DNA of 63,966 bases, filler included, from a bacterium (GCA_040757115.1; 7 parts of 7 records of this genome joined end to end with filler, not necessarily neighbours in it), one strand, 5' to 3'. Shown: positions 40,594 to 53,480, numbered from the whole stretch's first letter. Notes: generated by a model not told the origin, from the sequence alone. Translations and numbers: made by a program.

Positions 40594-40651
40594 GCCTAAC
40601 AAGTTATTATATAGTTTTCTTTACTTTAACACAATAGCCTCAAAAAGTCAA
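40594..40651 (-). promoter_or_regulatory. attI-like core site with an upstream Pc-like promoter
   Basis: GTTAGGC at 40594-40600 with no attC arm; TTGACT-17-TAAAGT with extended -10 at 40623-40651. Confidence 0.55.
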
Positions 40652-41548
40652 GAAAAAATTCGACAAAAACCAATAAATTCTCTATAACTCTAACTGGTTA
40701 TCATTAACTTTTTACATGATATACAGAAAATAGGATAATTCTGCATGATTAATATACCAATCCATATTCCGCACTCATCCACTAAGGAAATAATATTTTT
40801 AGGACTGATAGGAAATTGCTTTTTTGAGTGTTTTGGGTATTATATCCATTTGTGCCCATTGTGAGGATATTTTACCTCAAATTTTATCCTATGTCAACAA
40901 AAAATTCGGCTCTTTTGAAAAAATCCAAAAATTAGTATCAAAAATCTGCTCGATTAGATTAGGACAAAATCATAAAAATGGACATTGTCAATGACGATTT
41001 TGGACACACTTATCCTGCATGGTATGCTGATGGGAGAAAACTAGTACTGTGTTAAGTAAATTTTTTCACAGTTTTTTCTAAAGTTTTACTGATAAAATGA
41101 CGATAATTCCACGTGGGCATAGAAATTTTAAGGAGGAAAGAATTATGCAAAAAAGATATCCACGTGGTCCAAAACCAAATTCATTTGATTTATCAGGAGA
41201 AATTCTCAAAACTATNNNNNNNNNNNNNNNNNNNNNNNNNNNNNNNNNNNNNNNNNNNNTTAATTAATTAANNNNNNNNNNNNNNNNNNNNNNNNNNNNN
41301 NNNNNNNNNNNNNNNAATAAATTATCAAAGAGCAGATTATGTTAACAAGATTTATCTCAATTTTTAGTTTTTTTAAATTTAGTTATATCTTGCTGGGGGA
41401 TAGTCTGTCTTTTTTTACTTGACATTATACCGCACATCTTTATCGTCAGGAAATGTCAAAAACTTTCGACCTGGATGATTAGAATTAGGCTGAGAGTTTA
41501 AACTCTATATCACCTTCATCAAACCATTTTTTAGCCTCATTGTTTCTA

Positions 41549-42948
41549 GAGGATGTCCTAATCTCTGTTGAAATTCTCTGAGCGGCCCCCTCATATTTTA
41601 AGCCACCTTCTTCTCAAGAGATGGCAATTTTGTTTTTAAGAGTCTGGATGAGAAAAGGTATCCTTTTGAATCATTTTTCTGCCTCTATTAAAACCCTACC
41701 ACTGCCCATCTGAGAACCATTGAATCATTTCTCCAACATTTTACATTCCCAGTTATATCTCTTATTCCAGAGAGAGTGCTTTCAATCACATTAGTTGTCT
41801 GTAGAGATTGGCGAAGCCTCTTTGGAAGTATAAGTTCAATTACCGTAAAAGTCTCCTCTAATCCTTCACGAAGACTTGTATCCGCTCCCGGGTAATCTTG
41901 CTCAAGACGCAAAGCAAGATTGCTAATAATTTTCTTTGCTGTATCCAAACTCTCACTTTGATAAGATTAACGCATACTCATCTCTACAGAGATCTGTAAG
42001 CCTTTTGGCAGATGACTCTTTACATTCTCTATTTTATGGCGTTGGCATTTCTGAATACGAACATCACCAAAAGATTCTCTCACTGCTTTATAGAGTGCCT
42101 TGGAACCATCAATTACTACAAGAGTAAATTCTTTATTCACCCTCACATCACGCTCAACCAGATTGTTATCAAGGACTGGACTACCTGGGCATTCTCTGGT
42201 GAACCTTCATATACTCCTAAAACATGCTTTATATCCTCTTTGATTCACTCCTACCGCTACAACAATAGTATGTTTCCCAAAGATAACTCCATCTATGTAG
42301 AGAATACAAATATCTAACTCTTTTAGTGGTCTGCTAAGCCATTCTATAAATCTTTTGGTAGTCATAGCTACAAAACAGCCACTTATGGTACTCTTACTTG
42401 TTGCCCTTGAAACTATTGAATGAATATTGGTCTCTAAAGAATCCCCATATCTTCTGGTACTTACCCTTATCAATATCTGATTTAGTACCCTCTCCTTAAG
42501 TGGGTCTTTATCTTTTAGATGTTCATAGGAAAGAAGAGAAAGTTCTTGTTTATTTTTTTCCCTTACTCGTGGCCTCTCTATTTGTACTTTTTGGCCTCCA
42601 AGGATTATCTCTCCTTTTGTATTACCCCAATGAAAGGCATTCCTAACTTCTTGGTGTTGATAACAAGGACCACATAAAGTATCTACATCCTCTTCAAAGA
42701 GAGCTCTTATAACCCGGAATCCTGAAGATATAGCTAACTCTAAAAACTCTGCCTTAACATCTATCGATATCTCTAATGGTATTTTTCTCTTTCCTCCTTC
42801 ATAAACTTCTTGCAATTTCTTCTGGTTTATGGTATTATTTTTCATAAGCGGTTCCTCCTTTTAAAGATTTTTTATCGACCCCTGATTATTATAATATATC
42901 AGAGGAGGTAACCGCTACTAAAATTTCAACAGTCAACGGGACAATTTC
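41549..42948 (-). mobile_element. IS256-family element with a fragmented transposase (42207-42845, 41688-41948)
   Basis: Imperfect 27-bp TIRs; RPRVR, VSTR, YIDG, TTNVIES motifs; frameshifts and a deletion. Confidence 0.85.
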
Positions 42949-42949
42949 A

Positions 42950-43160
42950 AACAGAGGGACAATGTTTTTCGCTTTACGCACTTCCCAAAGAAAAAGTCAT
43001 AGAAGTGCTCCAACGTTTAGTTGAAGGTAATGGTATTAGAGCTCCAGAGCGTATCACTGGGTTGAGTAAAGATACGGTCAACTCGTTATTAGATAAGGTA
43101 GCACAACATATAGAGAAGGTTTCTGAGTTAATTCTCAAAGACATTGAAGCTAAAGAATCC
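42950..43160 (+). pseudogene. IS1-family transposase remnant
   Basis: RGTMFF..LVEGNGIRA.ERITGLSKDTV, resembling the HTH of the 44616-44975 ORF. Confidence 0.6.
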
Positions 43161-43214
43161 TCATTAGTTTTGGTGTTTTTACAAATAAATTACTTACCTA
43201 TTATACCATAGATA

Positions 43215-43840
43215 GATCAAGGGGTTCTCCAGTCATCAAGAAAGTTCTTGGTAAAGTATTTGGGAGTGTTTTGATCTGTGATTTTTTCAGTGCCGATGGG
43301 AAGATAGTCGCCTGGGCTAAACAGAGGTATATTGTGCATTTATTTGGTGATTTAGAAGAGATATCCACCAAGAATAAAAGAATCCTGAATGGTTTAAGTT
43401 TAGAAAGAAACTTAAACCATTACTAAAGGATGCTCTGCGTCTTTCTAATAAGCAGAAAGAAATAGAACCCAATGTTTATATGTCAAAGAGCAATAACTTG
43501 CATAAGCGACTTGAGATAATATACAACCAAGAATATAATGATGCTGACTGCAAGCGTTTGGCTAAACGACTCATGAGATACAAAGATGAAATATTCACCT
43601 TTGTAGATCATCCTCAAGTAAGTGCCCACAACAACCATGCTGAAAGACAGATAAGACCCGCAGTCATTATGAGAAAAAACTCTTATTGTAACCGTTCTCA
43701 CCAAAGTGCTGATACCCAAGCAATATTAATGTCAATATTTAGGACATTACATCCTCGCCAGATTGGTCCTATTTCTGCATTAAGTAATTCACTTTCTGAA
43801 TGGATCAAAACAGGGAATGTTATCCCATTGTCCAATATTT
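43215..43840 (+). pseudogene. IS66-family transposase remnant; its right end resumes at 45111-45142
   Basis: VLICDFFS, FTFVDHP.V..NNHAERQIRPAV.MRK; terminal GGTTAAATCGTTAC. Confidence 0.82.
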
Positions 43841-45110
43841 GGTGGTGTCTGAAAATAGCTAGTCTCCTCTAACTGAATAGGTAAGCCATTCCTCTATACT
43901 CCAAACATGGTCAGTTAGTCCAGCAGCCATGGCCGGAGTTCGCTTCTGCCAGTATCCCTCTATGTCCTTTATTCGTAATGTTCGCACTACCCAACAAAAA
44001 TTGTAGCTGAATCCAATGAAGTAAGAGATTGCATTATGTAGATTCCAGTCCTTCGAAAAGCAATAAGTCTTACGCTTCTTTCGTGAGTTCTTCCCACGAT
44101 CCGTACCATTGTTTCGTTCCACAAATGAGGTATTAATTGTAGTACTAACCCTAAACCGTGCAAGCAATCTCTCCAACAATTTCACTGTGCCAAATACAAT
44201 CGTTTTCACCACTTTGACTACACGACCTTTCTCCCGCTTTTTGCTCACTGTAGCATAACACAAATCCTCTGGCATTTTTTTCTCAGGCTTTGAGGAATTT
44301 CCCAAATCACCATCTTCAAATGGCTCTATTTCATAACTATAACTTTGTTCAATGGCGCAAGTGTATGCTGAATAATCATCACTGGTAATTAACAAATCTG
44401 TTCGTCCACCTGTCCGCTTTTTGACATCTTCAACCACCTGACACCAGTTTTCTTTTGTCCGCTTCCCAGACACCAGACTTAACAAAAGACGATGTTCAGG
44501 GTCTACGGCAGTATGGTCTCCCTCATCACCTCGAAAATAATCCAGAGGATCTTCCTGATTACAATTAGTTTCCTTTTTTGATACAAATCCCCACTTCTCA
44601 TCAAGTTGTATCTCTTTAGTCTGAGGGGGAAAAAGCCACTAATTCATCATGCACCTTCTTAGCATAATCTCCAGCTAATCGTGCATATCGAGTTACTGTG
44701 TTTTTGTCCACTCCCACCAACCGGCTGGTGGCACGCGTCCCACAACCCTCCTGAATATGTTTCATTACCGATATTACCACTTCTGCTGGCAATCGTGCAT
44801 AATTCAACATTGTTCCTTTTCGCTCCGAAAAATGAGCACCGCAACTCGGACAATAAATCAGCCGAATCCGTTTCCCTTTTCCACTCCATCCAGAGAAAGA
44901 AAGATTTTCTTTACCGCGAATATTGTAATTCGGACAAGAAAAATTCTGACAACAAAAATGTTCTATTGGATGCATCGTTTTCTCTCCTTTGTAAAATTTC
45001 GGTACCCCAAACCTCGCTCCTGATAGACCCACAAGTTAGTCTTGAATACTTACCTTATTATAATTATCGAGACGATGCATCCTAAACTTTAGCTTGTTTC
45101 AGACACCACC
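43841..45110 (-). mobile_element. Apparently complete IS1-family element (ORFs 44616-44975 and 43859 to about 44630)
   Basis: 14-bp TIR GGTGGTGTCTGAAA; 8-bp TSD CAATATTT; zinc finger + HTH ORF, TTTTTCCCCC slippery site, DDE ORF with NTSFVERNN and RTPAMAAGL. Confidence 0.92.
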
Positions 45111-45130
45111 CAATATTTCACTTCAGATGG

Positions 45131-46663
45131 TTAAATCGTTACTTTTATTTTAATTGGATTAGAATAAAACCATTTATCTGTCGAAGACTTACCTCGAATC
45201 CTTACATAAAAATCATTGTCAAAATTTGTAATTTTGTAGTTCATGATAAGATAACCATCTTTTTCTATCCAGTCTTTTGAAGTAAATACTTTTGTCAATT
45301 TTGGTTTCCCAGAAATATTTGAGATGAGTTCAATTTTAGTTATTTCTTCATTAAATCTTACTTTAATAGATACCACAACAGGATCTCTATTTTTAATCTG
45401 TAACACTTCACCCATCATAACTCCACTCATCATCTCAGAGGAAACTGTAAACTCTAAATCTGTAATTATATCTCCATGGACACAATACATACAACCACGT
45501 CGCAATCCTTTTATTACACCTTCATAACTCTTTGTCGGACAAAAGACATATGTCTTTGAATATTCACCCGGATAATAATTAAAAAAAGGATTATGGAAAT
45601 CACTTTCAACACGAATCCAGAAATTTCTCTCCTCACTTAAGAGAATATCCCAAGTACCACCAATTTCACCCACCATTGGATCATAACCATCAATTAAATC
45701 ATATCCTGGAATATGAATCTTCTGATAGCCTGGTGCCCCTGCAAATCCTATAAATACATCCCCCACCTTATCATACGCTCTTAATTCTTCAATCGTGTAA
45801 AGGCCAATTCTACTAGGATGGTTTAGACTACAAATTGGTAATACTCCATTAGCCCTTTGAGAATTAAGCCATCTTAATCCTTCTATTGCATCATTAAGTT
45901 CTGTTTTACCAGAAACAAGACTATCATAGTTAAGCCTAAATTTTTTTATTATTTCATGTTCATTAGGGACATTGGTCACAAGTATAGTAGCATGTTCACC
46001 AGCAGGAATGTTCCATTCCATCCCATCAAAGATTACTATGTCAGGACAGGTAAATCTTGCATTTTTTATTGCTTGATAATAACTTAAAGTCCCAATTTCA
46101 GCCTCTCCATGAGGTGTAATTGCGATAAAGTCACAGCCAAAAAATTTTGCTTTTTTAACAATTTCTGTTTCAGGATAATCTCCCTCACTCATAACTGTAT
46201 GCACATGTATATCTCCCATTAACCATACTCCTTTATCATACCAAGGTAATTTACTTTCTCCTCTTTGCCAATGCCTAATAAATAATTTTCCAGAGGCATA
46301 AGTGCAGACTGGAGGATTAATTCCATCATCAATTATACCATAAATATAGTAGTTTCCTTCTGAAATATCTGAAGTATTCCAAAGATAAATATTAGTATTT
46401 TCATCTTCGTCTATATTTTTGACTATTAAGGTTGCATTAAAGGTTCCGGTATTATCTTTGTTAAAGTAAAGGGCAATTTTTGCATTATTATCTGGATCAC
46501 TATCATCCCAACTAATGATATAGGATTCATCTGCTTCTCCTCCTGGAGCAAAAGGAGTAATAATAGTCATAGATGGTTGGATGTTGGTTCCCATTACTTT
46601 TGTTACAAAAAGTATTCCCCCAATAATGATTATTATACTTAATAAATATCTACTTATTTTCAT
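45131..46663 (-). CDS. Secreted PHP-domain (CehA/McbA-like) metallohydrolase with an Ig-like N-terminal domain
   Basis: Signal peptide, GDIHVHT, MEWN..EH, NHP, ESDFH, YSNPI. Confidence 0.82.
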   Translation of the reverse strand: MKISRYLLSIIIIIGGILFVTKVMGTNIQPSMTIITPFAPGGEADESYIISWDDSDPDNNAKIALYFNKDNTGTFNATLIVKNIDEDENTNIYLWNTSDISEGNYYIYGIIDDGINPPVCTYASGKLFIRHWQRGESKLPWYDKGVWLMGDIHVHTVMSEGDYPETEIVKKAKFFGCDFIAITPHGEAEIGTLSYYQAIKNARFTCPDIVIFDGMEWNIPAGEHATILVTNVPNEHEIIKKFRLNYDSLVSGKTELNDAIEGLRWLNSQRANGVLPICSLNHPSRIGLYTIEELRAYDKVGDVFIGFAGAPGYQKIHIPGYDLIDGYDPMVGEIGGTWDILLSEERNFWIRVESDFHNPFFNYYPGEYSKTYVFCPTKSYEGVIKGLRRGCMYCVHGDIITDLEFTVSSEMMSGVMMGEVLQIKNRDPVVVSIKVRFNEEITKIELISNISGKPKLTKVFTSKDWIEKDGYLIMNYKITNFDNDFYVRIRGKSSTDKWFYSNPIKIKVTI

Positions 46664-46714
46664 TTTATTTTCATTGAAAGTCTCTAAAGTTATAAAGTTA
46701 TTATGTACATTCTA

Positions 46715-47015
46715 CTAGTGCTCTGTCGCCATTCAAATGATTGATTGGCCGTTGTCCCCGCTGGCGGGGGTAGGGGGGTGGATTCTTCTATTTCAGATTT
46801 CATATTCCACCCCCTTAATCCCCCCGCCAGCGGGGCACATCAATTGAGTAGCGACAGAGCACTAGTGCACTCTCACATAAGTTTTTAATAGTCTGCTTCC
46901 TCTCCGACTCTCTGTTCTTGCTTCAGTGGCAGCCGCAACCTTTAGGTTGCGAAATGATCGCAGGCTGAAACCTGCGGCTACCAATCTATTAGAAATTTCT
47001 GTGACAGAGCACTAG
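46715..47015. mobile_element. Two tandem IS630-type MITEs at CTAG sites
   Basis: CTAG at 46715, 46862 and 47012; ends TGCTCTGTC / GACAGAGCA; cargo is a GC palindrome pair and a REPIN-like doublet. Confidence 0.75.
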
Positions 47016-47152
47016 TGCTCTGTCACTACTTAATTGATGGATAAAGTCGTTTCAGTTTAATCCTTGCATCTGGGGTCGTAAATTGCCAATCCACTTTAGC
47101 CCCTGCATCATTTCTTTCTGATTCCCAAGCCGCTACTTCTCTTTTCATCTCA
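47016..47152 (-). mobile_element. IS630-family transposase C-terminus and end (contig edge)
   Basis: AAWESERN...VDWQFTTPDARIKLKRLYPSIK*. Confidence 0.8.
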
Positions 47153-47438
47153 NNNNNNNNNNNNNNNNNNNNNNNNNNNNNNNNNNNNNNNNNNNNTTAA
47201 TTAATTAANNNNNNNNNNNNNNNNNNNNNNNNNNNNNNNNNNNNNNNNNNNNGGAGGAATTTGGTAATATCTTTGCTTCAAGTATTTTAACGCTGAAAGG
47301 AAAGAGATAATTTTACATTTTGATATGTAATTTTTATATTTGCTTTTTGCATTTTGATTTTTGGAGAATACCCGCTTAAAAACTACAGTTTCTTAATTTT
47401 GCAGAACTCTACAATTATCAGGCAAAGGAGGAAGAGAT

Positions 47439-47954
47439 ATGGAAGGTCACGGTGAGGTTATCAGTATTAGCTGGCAGATATTATTAGTCGAATTAGGTAG
47501 TTTCTTAATCTTGTTATTTTTTCTGGCAAAATTCCTTTTCAAACCGATTACTAATTTTTTAGAAAATCGCTCAAATCAGATAAAAACTACATTAGAAACC
47601 ATAGAAACAGAAAAGCAAGATATTGAAAAGATAAAGCAAAATTATCAAAATGAAATAACTGAATTAAACAAAAAGACAAGCCAGATAATTCAAGAGGCAA
47701 CTAAAGAAGGCGAAATTCAAAGGCAGAAAATAATTGCCCACTCTCAAAAAGAAGCAAATAAAATGGTAGAAAAGGCGGAACAATCCATTGAAAAAGAAAA
47801 GGAAAAAGCGATTAGTGAGATTAAAGCACAAGTAGCGGACATATCGATTCTCGCCGCCTCAAAAATCCTGGAACGCAGTATTGATGAATCAATAGCTCAT
47901 CAGTTAATAGACGAGTTTATAGAAGAAATAGACCAGGAGAAGATACCTCAATGA
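47439..47954 (+). CDS. atpF: ATP synthase F0 subunit b
   Basis: N-terminal TM, FKPI..FLE.R, coiled coil; upstream of atpH. Confidence 0.92.
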   Translation: MEGHGEVISISWQILLVELGSFLILLFFLAKFLFKPITNFLENRSNQIKTTLETIETEKQDIEKIKQNYQNEITELNKKTSQIIQEATKEGEIQRQKIIAHSQKEANKMVEKAEQSIEKEKEKAISEIKAQVADISILAASKILERSIDESIAHQLIDEFIEEIDQEKIPQ

Positions 47955-48499
47955 AAAAACCCAATATTGTAGCAACTAAATATGCTGAGGCATTAATTAA
48001 AATTGCCAAACAGAAAGATGCCCTTAAAACCCAGGCAGAACAATTAGAACTAATGGTTAAGGTGCTTTTCTCCAATGAGAATCTGATGAAAATACTTGCT
48101 CATCCTGCTCTTACTTTAAAAAATAAGGAATCGTTATTAAAAGAGCTCTTCAGTCAATATTCTTTATCCAGTGACAGTCTAAATCTTCTTCTCCTTTTGC
48201 TCAAAAAAAATAGACTTCAATTACTCGAAGATATATCTTCAAAATACCAGCAATTCATTGATAGACTGCAAAATATATACCAGGTGGAGATTATCAGTGC
48301 AGTCCCTATGAAAAAAGCACAAGAGGAGCGGTTAATCGCAAAGTTATCAAATCTCTTACAGGCAAAGATAAAATTAAAGATTTCTATCAATCCAGAGATT
48401 TTAGGTGGACTTGTTTTACAAATAGGTGATAAAATAATTGATGGAAGTATCAGCAGACGGTTATTCATGTTACGAAGGGAATTAATTGGAAGAAGGTAG
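47951..48499 (+). CDS. atpH: ATP synthase F1 subunit delta
   Basis: VATKYAEAL, SAVP, ILGGL...GDK.IDGS. Confidence 0.94.
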   Translation: MKKPNIVATKYAEALIKIAKQKDALKTQAEQLELMVKVLFSNENLMKILAHPALTLKNKESLLKELFSQYSLSSDSLNLLLLLLKKNRLQLLEDISSKYQQFIDRLQNIYQVEIISAVPMKKAQEERLIAKLSNLLQAKIKLKISINPEILGGLVLQIGDKIIDGSISRRLFMLRRELIGRR

Positions 48500-48538
48500 T
48501 ATTAACGAATTTTACCACCATGGTAGAGGAGGATTAAA

Positions 48539-48859
48539 ATGGCGGTATCACTAAAAAGAGGTAATCTGGCGAGAGATTTGGATATTCCGGAAACTATATC
48601 AGCCGCTACGGCAAGACAGATGTTTTACACCCTGCTTAAGAATGTAGAATATTCAAATCGTAGCTATATCTTGACCAGGGCAGGAAAACCTGTAGCTCGG
48701 ATAGTCAATCTTAATGAATGGAAAGAGATTATGACTACCTTAGAAATTATGGTTGAGCCAGAGCACCAGGCAGAGTTAGATAAGGCCATCAGAGAGGTAA
48801 AAGAAGGTAAAATTCATTCCTTTGAGGAGGTATTTGGCCATAAACAATCAAATCTATAA
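48539..48859 (+). CDS. Phd/YefM-family antitoxin
   Basis: ISA..AR..F..LL..V....ILTR.GKPVA. Confidence 0.85.
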   Translation: MAVSLKRGNLARDLDIPETISAATARQMFYTLLKNVEYSNRSYILTRAGKPVARIVNLNEWKEIMTTLEIMVEPEHQAELDKAIREVKEGKIHSFEEVFGHKQSNL

Positions 48860-49109
48860 GATAGAGTTCTCCTCTTTAGCCAGAAATGATATAAAAAAAA
48901 TTCCAGGAGAGATTAAGGATAGATTGGAGAATCATTTGATAGATTTATCGTTCAATCCTTATCAAGGTTATAAACTATTGGGCAAATATAAAGGAAAAAT
49001 GGCTTATGATTTCAGTTTCAGATATAGAGTCATCTATGGTATTGATAAGAAAGAAAAGGTTTTAACAGTCTATGAAGTATGGCATAGACAGAAGGATTAT
49101 AAGAAATAA
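48822..49109 (+). CDS. RelE/ParE-family toxin
   Basis: YKIEFS..A..D.KK, NP..G..L.G, YRVIY, V.HR..Y. Confidence 0.85.
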   Translation: MRRYLAINNQIYKIEFSSLARNDIKKIPGEIKDRLENHLIDLSFNPYQGYKLLGKYKGKMAYDFSFRYRVIYGIDKKEKVLTVYEVWHRQKDYKK

Positions 49110-49120
49110 GGGGGAGATAA

Positions 49121-50680
<1,560 letters not shown>

Positions 50681-50695
50681 ACTTGAGACTCTATT

Positions 50696-52885
50696 ATGCC
50701 CAGGATAGAAATAACTGAAAAAATAATTAAATCACATGGTTTGACGATGGAAGAATATGATAGAATCTGTCAGATTCTCGGGCGTCAACCTAATTATACG
50801 GAGTTAGGTATATATTCGGTGATGTGGAGTGAACACTGTAGTTATAAAAGCTCGCGGGTAGTTTTAAAATCATTCCCAACACAAGCACCCTGGATTTTGC
50901 AAGGTCCTGGTGAAAATGCGGGAATAATTGATATTGGCGAAAATCTTGCTGTAGTGATGAAAATTGAAAGTCATAATCATCCCTCGGCTGTCGAACCTTA
51001 TCAGGGTGCGGCAACCGGTGTCGGCGGCATCATTCGTGATATATTCACAATGGGCGCTCGACCACTTGCCCTTCTGGATTCACTTAGATTTGGTGAATTA
51101 AATCATCCCAGATGCCGATATTTGCTAAATGGGGTTGTTGCCGGAATTGCTGGCTATGGAAATTGTATTGGCATCCCAACGGTTGCTGGTGAGGTCTATT
51201 TTGAGGATACTTACAAAGAGAATCCATTAGTTAATGCGATGTGTGTTGGAATAATAAACCATAATGAGATTATTAAAGGAATAGCAACTGGTGAGGGAAA
51301 TCCAATTATTTATGTTGGTTCTGCCACAGGTAGAGATGGACTGCATGGCGTAACCTTTGCCTCGCGTGAATTGACAGAGGAATCCTATGAAGATAGACCA
51401 TCAGTTCAGGTGGGCGACCCATTTATGGAAAAACTATTGCTTGAAGCCTGCCTTGAACTGGCAAAAACAGGCTGTATCGTAGGTATGCAAGATATGGGTG
51501 GGGCAGGACTTACCTGCTCAACCTGCGAAATGGCTTCAAAAGGCAATAGCGGGATGGAAATAGAATTAAACAATGTTCCAAGACGAGAACAGGGAATGAT
51601 TCCTTATGAAGTTATGCTTTCGGAATCTCAAGAAAGAATGCTTCTCTGTATCAAAAAAGGCACTGAAGATAAGGTTAAAGAGATATTTGAAAAATGGGAC
51701 TTGCATGCCGTAGTCATTGGCAAGGTAACCGCAGATGGAATATTAAGGGTAAAAGATAATGGTCGGGTAGTGGCTGAGATTCCTGCGAAATCATTAGCCG
51801 AAGATGCCCCTATCTATCGCCGTCCACAACAAAAACCTGCTTATCTTGACAAAGTCCAAAATTTTGATACCGATAATCTCCCAAAATTAGATAATTATAA
51901 TGAAATTTTACTTAAATTAATTACCTCACCAAATATTGGACTAAAAGAAAAGGTCTATGAACAATATGACCATATGGTCAGGACAAATACAGAGGTTTTA
52001 CCCGGTAAAGGCGATGCGGCAGTCTTGAATATCAAAGGCACACAAAAGGCTATTGCTGTAACTTGCGATGGAAACGGTAGATATTGCTATCTTGACCCTT
52101 ATGTGGGTGGGATGATTGCGGTGGCAGAGGCGGCAAGAAATGTTGTTTGTGTCGGCGCCAAACCTTTAGCCATTACAAATTGCCTCAATTTCGGTAACCC
52201 GGAAAAACCAGAGGTGATGTGGCAATTCCAGAAGGTTGTCGAAGGAATGATTCAAGCCTGCAATATACTTAATACCCCGGTCACAGGTGGCAATGTTAGC
52301 TTTTATAATGAAAGTGAAGATGTGGCTATTTATCCAACTCCAGTTATTGGGATGTTAGGAATTATTGATGGTTATCGTGGCTCAGGTATAGGATTTAAGG
52401 ATGAAGATGATATTATTGTTTTATTAGGAGAAACTAAAGAAGAGTTAGGTGGCTCTGAGTATCTCAAGGTCCTTCATCATCAGGTCGCAGGCAAACCTCC
52501 AATGATAGATTTAGAATGGGAAAATAATATCCAGTCCACCTGCCTTGCCGCAATTCAACAGGGAATTATCAAATCTGCTCATGACTGTGCTGAGGGAGGA
52601 TTAGCCATTGCCTTAGCTGAATGCTGTATCGTGGGTAATATTGGGGCTGAGATTACCCTGGATTCAGAATTCATTGAACCACATTATTTACTTTTTGCCG
52701 AATCTCAGTCCCGAATTATTCTCAGTTTAAAAAAGGAAAATTTAGATGACCTGGAAAAACTTGCCTCTTTATATCAGGTTACCTTTTCTATTCTGGGTAA
52801 GGTTAAACAAGGTCACTTGCGAATTAATAACTGGATAGATATTCGGCCATCTTTATTAGAATCGTCTTGGAAGAACTGGTTATAA
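50696..52885 (+). CDS. purL: Phosphoribosylformylglycinamidine synthase subunit PurL
   Basis: WSEHCSYK, ESHNHPS, DMGGAG, SESQERM. Confidence 0.98.
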   Translation: MPRIEITEKIIKSHGLTMEEYDRICQILGRQPNYTELGIYSVMWSEHCSYKSSRVVLKSFPTQAPWILQGPGENAGIIDIGENLAVVMKIESHNHPSAVEPYQGAATGVGGIIRDIFTMGARPLALLDSLRFGELNHPRCRYLLNGVVAGIAGYGNCIGIPTVAGEVYFEDTYKENPLVNAMCVGIINHNEIIKGIATGEGNPIIYVGSATGRDGLHGVTFASRELTEESYEDRPSVQVGDPFMEKLLLEACLELAKTGCIVGMQDMGGAGLTCSTCEMASKGNSGMEIELNNVPRREQGMIPYEVMLSESQERMLLCIKKGTEDKVKEIFEKWDLHAVVIGKVTADGILRVKDNGRVVAEIPAKSLAEDAPIYRRPQQKPAYLDKVQNFDTDNLPKLDNYNEILLKLITSPNIGLKEKVYEQYDHMVRTNTEVLPGKGDAAVLNIKGTQKAIAVTCDGNGRYCYLDPYVGGMIAVAEAARNVVCVGAKPLAITNCLNFGNPEKPEVMWQFQKVVEGMIQACNILNTPVTGGNVSFYNESEDVAIYPTPVIGMLGIIDGYRGSGIGFKDEDDIIVLLGETKEELGGSEYLKVLHHQVAGKPPMIDLEWENNIQSTCLAAIQQGIIKSAHDCAEGGLAIALAECCIVGNIGAEITLDSEFIEPHYLLFAESQSRIILSLKKENLDDLEKLASLYQVTFSILGKVKQGHLRINNWIDIRPSLLESSWKNWL

Positions 52886-52973
52886 GACTGGTAATTGGTA
52901 ACTAATTAAGCGGTCAGCCATCAGTGGTCAGCATTTAACCACCTTTGTTAGTGAACAGCCAGAAGCGAGGCTA

Positions 52974-53084
52974 ATTGCTTTTTCATAAATAGGTTCCTCT
53001 TTTGGGGAGAGCGATAGCAAGAAGAACTTTAATGTAAATATCAAAATGCAAATATCAAAATTACAATGCAAAATGCAAAAATAC
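52974..53084. mobile_element. IS630-type MITE end inserted in a REP loop (contig edge)
   Basis: Follows GCGAGGCTA; reverse complement of 1-97. Confidence 0.6.
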
Positions 53085-53184
53085 NNNNNNNNNNNNNNNN
53101 NNNNNNNNNNNNNNNNNNNNNNNNNNNNTTAATTAATTAANNNNNNNNNNNNNNNNNNNNNNNNNNNNNNNNNNNNNNNNNNNN

Positions 53185-53316
53185 ATTTGTTGTTTTCCAC
53201 AATCAATTTCTACCTATTTCTATAAATTTCAATCTATTTCTATTATCTTATCTCCATATCACTCTTATCTCCTTATCCCCTTTCTTACACTTTTGATATA
53301 TAGCCTGAACAGTTAC
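53185..53316 (+). mobile_element. Partial family-A MITE (contig edge)
   Basis: Matches the right half of 54124-54360. Confidence 0.85.
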
Positions 53317-53354
53317 AAAAAACCCAACCTTCGCAATGATAAGATTGGGTTTTA
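53317..53354 (-). terminator. Intrinsic terminator downstream of the riboswitch
   Basis: AAAACCCAATCTT...AAGGTTGGGTTTTTT hairpin with T run. Confidence 0.65.
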
Positions 53355-53391
53355 ATTTTTTCTTTCTTTCCCGCGAAAGTAATGCTCCATA

Positions 53392-53480
53392 ATAGGTAAT
53401 CGACCGGACTCATCATTTTTTAAATGATATTACCGTTGCGGGGCAGTGCCTTGAATCTCACAAGGACTTCCTTTACCTAT
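53392..53480 (-). ncRNA. Cobalamin riboswitch (short form)
   Basis: ATAGGTAA / TTACCTAT closing stem, AAGGAAGT-CCTTGTGAGATTCAAGG-CACTGCCCCGCAACGGTAA, B12-box-like GAGTCCGG; promoter TTGACA-17-TATAAA at about 53498-53526. Confidence 0.8.

Noticed and set aside
40652-41215. Integron integrase upstream of the attI-like site
   Set aside because: No tyrosine-recombinase ORF is visible; the ORF starting at 41145 is cut after ~23 codons and is unrecognisable.
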